DNA of 64,000 nt from Minutocellus sp. GHC0000111 (taxonomy: Eukaryota), in the NCBI GenBank assembly GCA_977018835.1, contig OZ361259.1, positions 2,480,001 to 2,544,000 of the forward strand, written 5' to 3'. Below are positions 48,734 to 58,162 of this stretch, piece by piece (position 1 is the first letter of the stretch; every line of letters starts with the position of its first letter). Made by a program: the position numbers and the translations under genes. The notes beneath the pieces were generated by a model. It worked only from the letters and a program-made list of their open reading frames with translations, had not been told where the DNA came from and did no database searches.

Positions 48734-49627
48734 TCACTCTTTCCAAATGTAGTCATCAAATCCCTTCTTGGCCAATTCGACACCCAAGAAGAGGGCGGCG
48801 TTGGCAGGGAAAGCTCTTGCGAGCGTGGGGCCAAGCCCATTGTATAAGCCAGTGATCCCTCGTTCGCGACCAATTCGAATCAACTCCGGGAAGTAACTTC
48901 CAATAACCTTGGTGTCCCAACTGGCCTGCACGTTGGTCTTGGGCACATCGAACGGCATTGCGGCAGTCCAACCCAACATACCGGCAAATCCTCCACTCAA
49001 AAAGTAATTCAACTCATCGGGCATCGACGGAACATTGGTCCGAAAGAGGTAGCAGAGCAGATCGTAGCTTCCAAAGAAGATGGCATAAAAGGGCGCATCT
49101 CGCATAATCTGTGCCTCAAAGCCCGTGAACATGGACCGTATGCCTTGCTTCTTCATCATTTTGCGGAATATCTCGTTGGACGAGTGATCGCCCACCTGGA
49201 CTTGAGTTTTCGCCTTAAACACCTCACTTGGGAGCAGCACCAGGGCCGAACAGCATCCCGTAATGGCGCCCATGAGGAACGGACGGGACAAGTCCGGTCG
49301 CTCGTTGGGATCTGCCGAGCCCTTGTTGGGATCAGGGAATGCACGCTTCAATGCCTCGTTCACGCCAAACGCCATGGCATTCTCCAGTGCCATGCCCATG
49401 GCTGTTGGTACGGCTCCCTTCCAGAAGGCTCGGATGCCCTCCTCGCTAGATGTCTTGGTAACCGTCCGGAAAATGCCTGAGTAGACACCAGGATTCGTTT
49501 GCATGCGGACCTTTACTGTATCGAAAGGCTGGCCGGTGTAGCAGCAAAAGACACTGCCAATCGTTGCCGAGAAGATGTCTCTTGTAACGGCCCTTGGGCT
49601 CAAAATTTCCTCGGATGATTCCGACAT
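48734..49627 (-). CDS. Mitochondrial carrier family protein (carnitine/ornithine carrier-like)
   Basis: Three Px(D/E)xxK signatures: PFDTVKVRMQ, PSEVFKAKTQ and PFDVPKTNVQ; also RAFPANAALF. Confidence 0.92.
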   Translation of the reverse strand: MSESSEEILSPRAVTRDIFSATIGSVFCCYTGQPFDTVKVRMQTNPGVYSGIFRTVTKTSSEEGIRAFWKGAVPTAMGMALENAMAFGVNEALKRAFPDPNKGSADPNERPDLSRPFLMGAITGCCSALVLLPSEVFKAKTQVQVGDHSSNEIFRKMMKKQGIRSMFTGFEAQIMRDAPFYAIFFGSYDLLCYLFRTNVPSMPDELNYFLSGGFAGMLGWTAAMPFDVPKTNVQASWDTKVIGSYFPELIRIGRERGITGLYNGLGPTLARAFPANAALFLGVELAKKGFDDYIWKE

Positions 49628-49917
49628 GATGCAATGTGGTTGGTGTTATCAGGGAGACCAAGATATGAATCGAATCAGCGTGACAAGGCGATAGGCGTAG
49701 CTTGTAAGCACCTGCCCTGGAACCAGTACAACACTTAGTACAGTCGCTCAAGGAACTGCTGGCGGTAGCAAAAAATGAGGAAAGTGCATCAATTTGGGCG
49801 GTACACGGTTGGTGGTCAGACTCTACGCATGTACGTACGTAAGCGAGCGAACCAAGGCCGGTCAGAGGGCTGAAAAGAAGACTCCGCATCTTCTCATCTT
49901 CTCTCTCCTGGTCTTCT

Positions 49918-49953
49918 CTAGCTAGACTAGTCTAGCTAGACTAGTCTAGCTAG
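49918..49953. repeat. Perfect 36-bp palindrome built from CTAG units
   Basis: CTAGCTAGACTAGTCTAGCTAGACTAGTCTAGCTAG equals its own reverse complement. Confidence 0.9.
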
Positions 49954-50193
49954 GGACTCTTGTTTGCTTCAGGATTAAGATAACTACTTCGTGGTTGCCT
50001 CTTATAAAAGTGCAATCAAATAATTGACTAAAACGAAGGTGACATCACGTGCATCACGCACATCGCACTGCACTGCACCATCCCCGCCCACTCCATCGTC
50101 ATCAGTCTGCAACCTTCTTCGAGCAAAGTCTCAAGAAAATCCACCATGATACTTCGATAGCAGCCCATTTGCGATCTACTCAATAGCAACAAC

Positions 50194-53010
50194 ATGTCCG
50201 TGTCGTCCCCGTCAAGACGCATTGTTTCAGCCAACCCGGGTCTGCTCTCCGCAGAAGAGTTGCTTTCATCGCACCAGGGTGGACGACGAAAATCATTGGA
50301 GAAGATGATCCAGCAGCACAACAAGGAGTTCTCGGCAGAAAGCAAGCCCCCCTTACAGGCCCAAATCAAGGGCAAGGTTCGGTGGTTCCTCGAACATGCT
50401 CGAATCAAGATATCCTACGATGACTTTATGATGATTGTAACGCTCTTTGTCTTGTTTGGAGACGACTTGAGGCTTCTGTCCTTCCCTCCCTCGGCCGATA
50501 CAGTCTTTGCCGTATTGAACAACATCTGCTTCTTCTTGTTTCTGATCGAGCTGATACTGAATTGTTGGGCCAAGAGCGAATTCATCCGCACCAAGACCAT
50601 CTGGCGGCCCAAGGTCAAGGGATACATGTTCAGCTTCTTCTTTTGGCTCGACCTGTTGGCCGTGGTGTCCATGATTCCGGACATTCTGTGGCTGTCATCG
50701 TTGTTGGGCCTCGGAGCGTTGCCAGGTGCTGGCAGTGTCGGCACCAAGGTGGGCAAGGCCGGCAGAATAGGAGCCAAGACAAGTCGCGTCGTAAGGATGG
50801 TTCGTCTCGTAAGGCTCGTCAAGCTTTACAAAATCACATCGCAACGACGTAGGGAGCGCAAAATGATTGAAGATTTGCGCAAATTGGTCGCCCTGGGCCA
50901 CATTTATCATAGCGAGGTATCGCAGTACTTGGAGAAGATGAATGCTCAAAAGCAAAGCAAGGTTGGAGCCGAGTTGTCCGATATTATCACCCGTCGGGTC
51001 ATCATTGCGGTCCTCATGATGCTCTGCGTTGTACCAATGCTGTCCTGGTCCCCTTCCGTCCAAGACGAGCTGGAAGCCACCATGTTTCTTCACGCCGTCA
51101 ATATCGAGGCGGGAGCAGGAGGAACGGGGAGCAGTAGTAGTGCAGGTACTAGTAGCTCCACCACCAACTGCGAGTACCTGACAAGCTCAACCGATGCCTA
51201 CAAGCTATTCATGGATAGCATCGTCGAAACAACCAAATTGAAGGACCAGTATCTACTTGGATTAAGCATTGAGCCGAAGCGATGTAACTCCTCGCTGGTC
51301 CTGGACTTTGATGACTATCCGATGATTCAGGAATTTGTTCGAGAAGATGCCATTAGCATCATTGAAACGCCGTCGACAATAATTGACGACGTTGAATACA
51401 GCATAACAGCGACCTTCAATCTCTCATCATTCGTCGAGGATCAGGCCAGAGCTGGGATATATCTCACCATCTTCGTCATATTCATGCTCGTTACCATGTC
51501 GGCACAATTCACCGGTGACGCTCAAAAGCTGGTGCTGAGACCGATTGAAAATATGATGGAAATGGTGAATCTGGTGGCGGAAGATCCCCTGGAGGAATTT
51601 GACTTTAGCCACCACACATCCCAGACCAACGGTACCGGTGGAGGCCAGTACGAAACGCGAGTGGTTCAGATTGCCATCCAGAAGATTACCGCGTTATTGA
51701 GGGTTGGCTTCGGTGTCGCCGGGGCGGACATTATATCCACAAACATGGCCGTGGGCGAAGGCGAAGGAAGCGCCGTCCTTGAGCCCATGATACCAGGAAA
51801 GCGCGTCTATGCCATCTTTGGTTTCACCGATATCCACGCCTTTGACTACTGTACCGAAAAGCTCGAAGATGAGATCATGACCTTTGTCAATAGTGTCGCC
51901 AGGATTGTTCATGATGAAGTGACGAGGTGGGGAGGTCTTTGCAACAAGAATCTGGGCAATGCCTTTCTCATGGTTTGGAGAATAGGCGATGAAGATGAGC
52001 TCCAGGTCGTGAGCGGTCGGAAGCGACGTGCCAGTCACAGCAGCAACGGTGTCGGAGGTGTTAGCGCCGTGGCCAGTGGAGCCGGAGGAAGGCCCATGTC
52101 CCCCACCGCCAGGTCCAGGGCGGGGGGCGGCAGTGATGGAGCTGGCGTGGCATCTCCTGGAGGCCCGGCGTCGCCTACGGCCACAAGATTACTAACTTCC
52201 ACTGCGAGCAATCTTCGAGGTCTATCGGTGGATCTGCGTCGAATTCCGGGGCTTGACATCATGTCCGACAAGGCCTTGATCGGATTTCTCAAGGTGGTGG
52301 TGGAAATCAACCGAGATAAGCAAGTACTGGCATACCGCGCTGACAATCGCCTGACAGCAAATGCATCTCAGGAGTACAAGCTTCGCATGGGATTTGGTCT
52401 TCATGCTGGTTGGGCGATCGAGGGTGCCGTTGGATCGTTGCAAAAGGTCGATGCCACCTATCTCTCTCCTCACGTGAACATGGCTGCCCGGATGGAAGCG
52501 GCATCGCGACAATTTGGAGTTTCAATTCTCATGACCGAGCGATTTGTAGAGCTCATGTCGCCCGAAGCTCAAAAGCATTGCCGAAAGATTGACGTGGTGA
52601 CCGTCAAGGGATCGGCCACGCCAATGCCCGTGTACACCTACGACACATATCAAAATCAAATCTTCCCCGAGCTTCAGGCACCGAAATTTAGCAGCCTCAA
52701 CCTCGAGGAGGTGTTGGCCGCCCAAGCCGATGAGTACGATGTTCACATATGGAACCAGGACGAAGATTTGCTGCAGTTGCGACGTTTGTCAACGCCAGAG
52801 TTCAATGCCACTTTTCGGGACGGCGTCACTGCCTATTTGACTGGCCAATGGGACAAGGCCCGGCATCTTTTGGAACAGGCCGATGCGATGATGTACCAAA
52901 GTGATGTGGGTGGCGATGGTCCCAGTCAGACCCTTCTCAACTACATGAGAAATCGAGATTGGATTTGTCCTCCGGATTGGGCGGGTTACCGTCCCCTGAC
53001 GAGCAAGTGA
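50194..53010 (+). CDS. Ion-channel/voltage-sensor-fused class III adenylate cyclase (ciliate/Plasmodium ACalpha type)
   Basis: About six TM segments with S4-like RVVRMVRLVRLVKLYK; FGFTDI, NKNLGNAF, GFGLHAGWAIEGAVGS and KVDATYLSPHVNMAARME; C-terminus WAGYRPLTSK. Confidence 0.92.
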   Translation: MSVSSPSRRIVSANPGLLSAEELLSSHQGGRRKSLEKMIQQHNKEFSAESKPPLQAQIKGKVRWFLEHARIKISYDDFMMIVTLFVLFGDDLRLLSFPPSADTVFAVLNNICFFLFLIELILNCWAKSEFIRTKTIWRPKVKGYMFSFFFWLDLLAVVSMIPDILWLSSLLGLGALPGAGSVGTKVGKAGRIGAKTSRVVRMVRLVRLVKLYKITSQRRRERKMIEDLRKLVALGHIYHSEVSQYLEKMNAQKQSKVGAELSDIITRRVIIAVLMMLCVVPMLSWSPSVQDELEATMFLHAVNIEAGAGGTGSSSSAGTSSSTTNCEYLTSSTDAYKLFMDSIVETTKLKDQYLLGLSIEPKRCNSSLVLDFDDYPMIQEFVREDAISIIETPSTIIDDVEYSITATFNLSSFVEDQARAGIYLTIFVIFMLVTMSAQFTGDAQKLVLRPIENMMEMVNLVAEDPLEEFDFSHHTSQTNGTGGGQYETRVVQIAIQKITALLRVGFGVAGADIISTNMAVGEGEGSAVLEPMIPGKRVYAIFGFTDIHAFDYCTEKLEDEIMTFVNSVARIVHDEVTRWGGLCNKNLGNAFLMVWRIGDEDELQVVSGRKRRASHSSNGVGGVSAVASGAGGRPMSPTARSRAGGGSDGAGVASPGGPASPTATRLLTSTASNLRGLSVDLRRIPGLDIMSDKALIGFLKVVVEINRDKQVLAYRADNRLTANASQEYKLRMGFGLHAGWAIEGAVGSLQKVDATYLSPHVNMAARMEAASRQFGVSILMTERFVELMSPEAQKHCRKIDVVTVKGSATPMPVYTYDTYQNQIFPELQAPKFSSLNLEEVLAAQADEYDVHIWNQDEDLLQLRRLSTPEFNATFRDGVTAYLTGQWDKARHLLEQADAMMYQSDVGGDGPSQTLLNYMRNRDWICPPDWAGYRPLTSK

Positions 53011-53041
53011 TGATTGTATGCAGTCGCATTGTATTTCTAGA

Positions 53042-53713
53042 CTAGAGCCCATTGCCAATAAAGCCCATGCTTTTCAATACCAGTCCTGAACAATTTCTCC
53101 TTGCGACGTCCAATTCAGCCACAGTAAGATCTCCACTGCTTACATCGATCGATTCCATCGTCTCCATGTCCTCCTTGGTTGGATTCAGCAGCCGATACCT
53201 CAGCTTCATATCGTTGGTAAAATTGATCATCCGACTCTCCTCGGTGCCGTCCGTTTCGTATCGTCGTGCATCAGCCATGGCCGCCAGCACATCGCCATAC
53301 CCACCTGGACCACCATCGGACCCATCCCACCGCCCTCTCTGAACGGCCAGTCCAAGTACCAGCTTGACCTCCTCAAAGGATGACGGCTGCTTGTCGTTTG
53401 GGTGGAGGAGAGACTCCACAAGGTCTTCACGTGCCGCACGAGATGCAAACTTCCTTCGGCAGATGGCGGCGCAGTCATGGCCGGTGCCCGAGGCGTATCC
53501 CCAATTCCATTGCGGAGAAGTCCATGACGAGTTGGGAATGTCCTACAGCCACGAACCAGCAGACATTTTCATCAGATTGTTAGGATTTGGGGAGCAGCGA
53601 TACGCCGAACAAGAGCGTGGTGATGCAAATGCACCACAATGAGATATCTGGAGAGCTAGAGCGATGGCCGATAGGGTGACGGCGACAGTAGTAGCGGCGA
53701 ACGAGCACTTCAT
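53042..53713 (-). CDS. Hypothetical plastid-targeted protein with one in-frame TAG
   Basis: Signal peptide + CGAF. The frame reads SAGSWL*DIPNSSWTSPQWNWGYASGTGHDCAAICR and continues in frame into ORF 53042-53419. Confidence 0.7.
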
Positions 53714-53851
53714 CGTCAACGGTTTGATTTGATTTTGCAAGCATTTATTTTGTTGCTGGAAGTCAAACGCCGCGACGGACAGACCCATTCGTTTTCGTGC
53801 GTCATCGACGCGTCGTCTTCAACATATCTACCTCGTAAACCGACCGCCAAG

Positions 53852-54682
53852 ATGAAGTCCTCGCCGCTCTGTACCCTCGCAGTATCGTCGGCCGCATGCT
53901 GTGCGGCAGTGAGTGCCTTTGTTGCGCCGTCGTCGCTGCCCGAATGCTCTGCCGTCGGCACAAGATGTGCAGCTATGGGACAGCGGCAAAAAGCACAACA
54001 AACCTCGACTTCGGCACTCTTTTCCACCAAAGCCGAAGAGGAGGGAACTGATTGGGCCGTCATCCGACCGGAGGATGAAGACGAGGAGTGGGACCTGACC
54101 AAGGGAGGTGTCCTCCTGGCGATGGATTCCGCCATCAAGGTCACCGGCACCGTCTCCGGCGGCAGCGCCGATGCCACCAACCTCCTCCGATACGGGAAGC
54201 TCACCGAGGCGTCCGACGCCGACGTCAATGCCGCTCTGGCGTCCAGCGGATCGGCCGTCATTTGCACCGGTACCGGTACGGAGCTGTACAAGGATCCCGG
54301 TCTGTCGACCGTGGAGGAGATTACGCTGGGACCGAAGGATGCCGTTGCCAAGGCCCTGTCGTCTTCGCCCAATGTGGCGGCTTTGACCGGTGCCAAGTCG
54401 GTCGTGATCAATTTCATTGGTGGAAACGATCTCATCATGGAGGAGGTCGTCGATGCGGCCAATGCGCTCGTGCAGAACATGGGAGACAGTGCCCCCTCGA
54501 AGATGAAGTTCAATACCATCAGTCACAAGGACCTTGGCGACGGCACGGCCTCGGTGACGATCATGGCGGCCGGTGGTGGCAATGCCGATGGTGCCCTTGG
54601 CAAGGCCGTGTCGAATGGGGAGGCATACTTCTACCAGGGCAAGTGGTATGCTGTTCTGGACGAAGATATCATTAAGGATTAG
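53852..54682 (+). CDS. Plastid-targeted protein with FtsZ C-terminal-like domain
   Basis: Signal peptide + VSAFVAP. DAVAKALSSSP...GAKSVVINFIGGNDLIMEEV...ASVTIMA resembles the FtsZ C-terminal subdomain. No GGGTGTG tubulin signature. Confidence 0.7.
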   Translation: MKSSPLCTLAVSSAACCAAVSAFVAPSSLPECSAVGTRCAAMGQRQKAQQTSTSALFSTKAEEEGTDWAVIRPEDEDEEWDLTKGGVLLAMDSAIKVTGTVSGGSADATNLLRYGKLTEASDADVNAALASSGSAVICTGTGTELYKDPGLSTVEEITLGPKDAVAKALSSSPNVAALTGAKSVVINFIGGNDLIMEEVVDAANALVQNMGDSAPSKMKFNTISHKDLGDGTASVTIMAAGGGNADGALGKAVSNGEAYFYQGKWYAVLDEDIIKD

Positions 54683-55126
54683 ATTTGTTTATGGATTACT
54701 CGTACTCATTGGATTTATTTTTGCCTTGCTTTTTCTATCGGGGAGGCTTGAAAGGAAGAGACGCCTACATTCTATTCTATTAGACTACCTATCTTTTGAC
54801 GGGACATGGAAAGAGGGCGCGCCTGACTGACCCTCGTGCGATCTGAAGAGACGCCTACATGTACATGTAGTGACTTTCGTATTGAGGAAAGGTAGCAGAT
54901 CTATTTCTCTAGCTGCGTAGAATGCTATGGTGTTTATGTAGGAATTTCTTTGTGCAGTACAGTACATGAAGAATTCTGTGCATCTATTTTTTTACATGAC
55001 ATGTATGTACAGATTTAAAATGGTACGGAAATTGTTCTATAATAAAGGAGGCGATTGGCGTGCGTGCAGATGAGAGAAGGAACCCATTTCTATACACCAA
55101 CAATTGCACGCACGAGACAATTAATT

Positions 55127-55855
55127 TCAGGTCCTCGGGCCGCAGCAGTCTTCTGATGACATGGCTTCGATCTCGGTCTCGAGCAGATTTGTGCAGAGGA
55201 TTGACAAATCGTCGGTGCCATCCTGCCTGACGTCGTTGGTTCCTCTGCCGGTATGTGGACTACTTGCTTGCATGGTGGTCTCGATGTCGATGACATTCTT
55301 GAGAATTTCTCTCGTCATCTTGAGGCGACCGTAGCTATGCCTCTCCAAGAGCGCTGAGGCCATGAATGCATGGTCGAACATGCTGAGGGCGGTGCTGGTG
55401 TTCTTGACCATCTTTTGGGTGAGTGCTAGATTGAAGAGTACGGTCGATGAAATGTACTCAGAGCTTTCGCCGGAGGTGAGGACCTTGATGATGTCGAGGT
55501 AAATTGCCTCCTCGTGGCGAAGTTTTTTCGCTCGGTGATGAGTTCTCATTGTGGCACAATACAAGCTGGGCTGTTGGGAGATGTGCTCGAGGTTCTCTTT
55601 GAGCTCGGCCGCTCTCATCAGAGCATCAAGCGTTTCTTCTGATGGAACAGCGTCGGCCGAGTTTTGTCCATCGGTGATGTGCAACTGAATCAACCTTGCG
55701 CACAGTCGAAACGCCTCGACTGCCACGGCAAAGGGATTCGATGCAGATGTATCAGTAGACCAAGTTGAAGTCTTCGTTGGGCCGGAGAGGTCAAAAATGA
55801 AGGCAGAATTGTTGATGAGAAGGCTTGACAAATTGTTCAACTCCACCACCACCAT
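55127..55855 (-). CDS. Hypothetical TPR-like protein
   Basis: 242-aa ORF with ELNNLSSLL and STVLFNLAL helices. Confidence 0.55.
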   Translation of the reverse strand: MVVVELNNLSSLLINNSAFIFDLSGPTKTSTWSTDTSASNPFAVAVEAFRLCARLIQLHITDGQNSADAVPSEETLDALMRAAELKENLEHISQQPSLYCATMRTHHRAKKLRHEEAIYLDIIKVLTSGESSEYISSTVLFNLALTQKMVKNTSTALSMFDHAFMASALLERHSYGRLKMTREILKNVIDIETTMQASSPHTGRGTNDVRQDGTDDLSILCTNLLETEIEAMSSEDCCGPRT

Positions 55856-56104
55856 ACTCGGACTTCTGGCAGCCGAGGGAGATGAATGCCTGCCGTTCAG
55901 GCCAAGCTTCCTGGGCGTTCTTCAGCATGCTCTTCATTGCCGGGCACGTAAAGTTGGTTGTGAGGCGGCCACAATCTTTGAGTGAAAAATGCATTACGCT
56001 CTCATTGTGCAGAATTCGGACTCATGTTGTGTGCAAAAATCCGAGCGGCTCATCAAGGGCGGGCCGAACTTGCGCCTGCCCCCAGTTTCCAGATGCTACA
56101 TGTA

Positions 56105-57991
56105 CGAGGTCAGATTCGCGAGAAATCGAGCGCCCGGTTTTTGACTGCTTTCGAGGGGATTGAAAAGCGCCTCGAAGAATAGTCATGCTGAAATATTTAA
56201 GAAAATGGCTATTTTTACTCTAATTTTGATTTATCTTCATGTGAAACAATAATTCGGATAAGACTTTAGATTTCAGCGGCTCTAATCAAATGGACGCGTT
56301 CGTCGCACTTGGACCGGTATACTGCTTCCCAACGAGTGCCGATGATTCATCTGATTCGGCCGCCTTCCGTTCTGTCATCGACGATCTTGCAACGGCGACC
56401 CGGCGGTATACTGCACCATGTCTCTTTGCAATTGCCAAGTGCAGGGAGCAGGCAAAGGTGGACTATTCGGTGCTGTCCAGCGCAGAGTATGGTGCACGAT
56501 TTTCGGGATGGATGAAGGCGTATGGTGCTCTACCTGCATCTGAGAAGGCGATGTGGGAGCTGAAGAGGAGATCTCATCTGGCTATGCAGCCATACATTCG
56601 AGATGTTATTGTTGATGCTCTGATACGAAATCCTCGGGAATCTTGGCGGGAGCTGGAGGTGGATGTCAACTTTTGGTGTTCCTGCTCGGCAACACGGCGG
56701 TGGATAATGTCGCGGGAAGGGTTCCGGTACTATGCCGAAAGGATCATCCCTCTCCTTACTACACATCAGATGGAGAAACATTTGGCATTTGCGCGGAAAT
56801 TCCGAAACAATTGGGGGCTCGGTGGTGGCAAGTTTCTCCTTGTTATGTTCGATGAGAAGTGGTTTTGGGGCTTGGTTCTTCGATCGTATATGCCAAGCAA
56901 GTTGCAGAATTGGGTATTGATCCTCGGTCCTTCTCGGCATATCACCGAAATCACATCAACAAGTGCATGGTGGTGGCTGTCACTGCCTTGGCTTTTATTG
57001 ACAGCATTGAGAATGGCGGCATTGCGTTCAAGCTTGGACTTTTTCGGGCTCAGGCGCATAAAATTGTGAGGCAGATGGTAAGGGAGGCGGTGCGGCAGGC
57101 AGATGGTAGAATCAAATATTGCGGCCCGGTGGTTCGGAAGAAAGACGATCTATACCTTGTGGATTGCGCGGTGACTGGATGCAGCCATGGCACCCTTGAT
57201 AATCCGAAGTTCCCACTGAAAGCTTTGTTTGAGAACAAGATATTTCCGGATGTTGAGGCTTTGGTCGGACCTGGCGGAAAGTTTGAAGGCTATGTCCCTA
57301 TTTTCCAGGGCGACAATGCTGGGCCCCATGCCGAGACTGAATTTGTGGAATATGTGGAAGGATACTGTCGGGACAAGGGATGGCGTTGGGAACCTCAGGC
57401 CCCGCAAATGCCCCATATGAATGTTCTTGATCTGTCTGTTTTCCCTTGCATGTCAAAGCAGCATACAATGTTGTGCCGCGATCGGGAGGGGCTGAAGGTT
57501 TTGACAGAGGATCAGACTTGGGATGCAGCGGAGGAAGTTTGGATTGGGGCTGGAAAACTGGAAGATCGCATCGGCATACATCCAGGCTCATAGAATTGCA
57601 AAGAAGGTAATCGTTGCAAAAGGCAACAATGATTTTCTTGGAAACGGTGAAGGCATTCATGTTGGGGTGCGAAAGGATTTCAGGCCGACTGAAAATGGCA
57701 TGGTTCGGATAGATGGGAAAATTATCGCTCCTCCTCCTGCTGATCCAACCATGGAAAATTAGTCCTGCGGTGCTTTTAAGTTATGTTATGTTTAAAATAA
57801 TACTAGATTATTTAGATTCGAGCTATATTTGTGCTACTACACACACATGCCGTACATGCATGTGTAGTGCTCTCTTGTCAGTTTTGATGGTTCCGGCTTT
57901 ACATGCATGTGTCTGTGTCCGGGTTGCGGGCCCAAAAATCGACATTTTTTGGTCCCGGCCCTGCGCTCGATTTCTCGCGAAACGGACTTCG
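56105..57991 (+). mobile_element. Tc1/mariner DNA transposon with TIRs and TA target duplication
   Basis: 29-bp TIRs at 56105-56133 and 57963-57991 (3 mismatches), flanked by TA at 56103-56104 and 57992-57993; encloses the transposase. Confidence 0.9.
56290..57762 (+). pseudogene. Mariner-like DDD transposase with two frameshifts
   Basis: MFDEKWF, FQGDNAGPH and PQMPHMNVLDLSVF give a D-D38-D triad. Frame changes lie near 56890 (AT dinucleotide run) and 57547 (G4 run). Confidence 0.88.
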
Positions 57992-58162
57992 TACACAATC
58001 GGGAGTGTGAGTATTTTAGCCCCTTCACCAATTTACGACTACTCGGTGTTTTTTGAGTACGCCGTTTTTTCAAACGCCCGTTCTAAAGGTCCCGTCCCGG
58101 TGGGTTCGTCGGTGAGGTTTCTTGGCTACTTAGTAGTTTAATTTTATTGTGCTAAATTTCTA

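Noticed and set aside
18781..53010. Functional NO/H2S/cAMP signalling cluster (NOS, persulfide dioxygenase, carrier, cyclase)
   Set aside because: The genes are spread over 34 kb among unrelated housekeeping genes, with no evidence of co-regulation.
22181..53545. Genome-wide reassignment of TAA/TAG to Gln
   Set aside because: Conserved genes end at TAA or TAG exactly where expected (HECT GFELT-TAA, NDUFA13 TAA, CorA TAG), and long ORFs such as the cyclase contain no internal stops.
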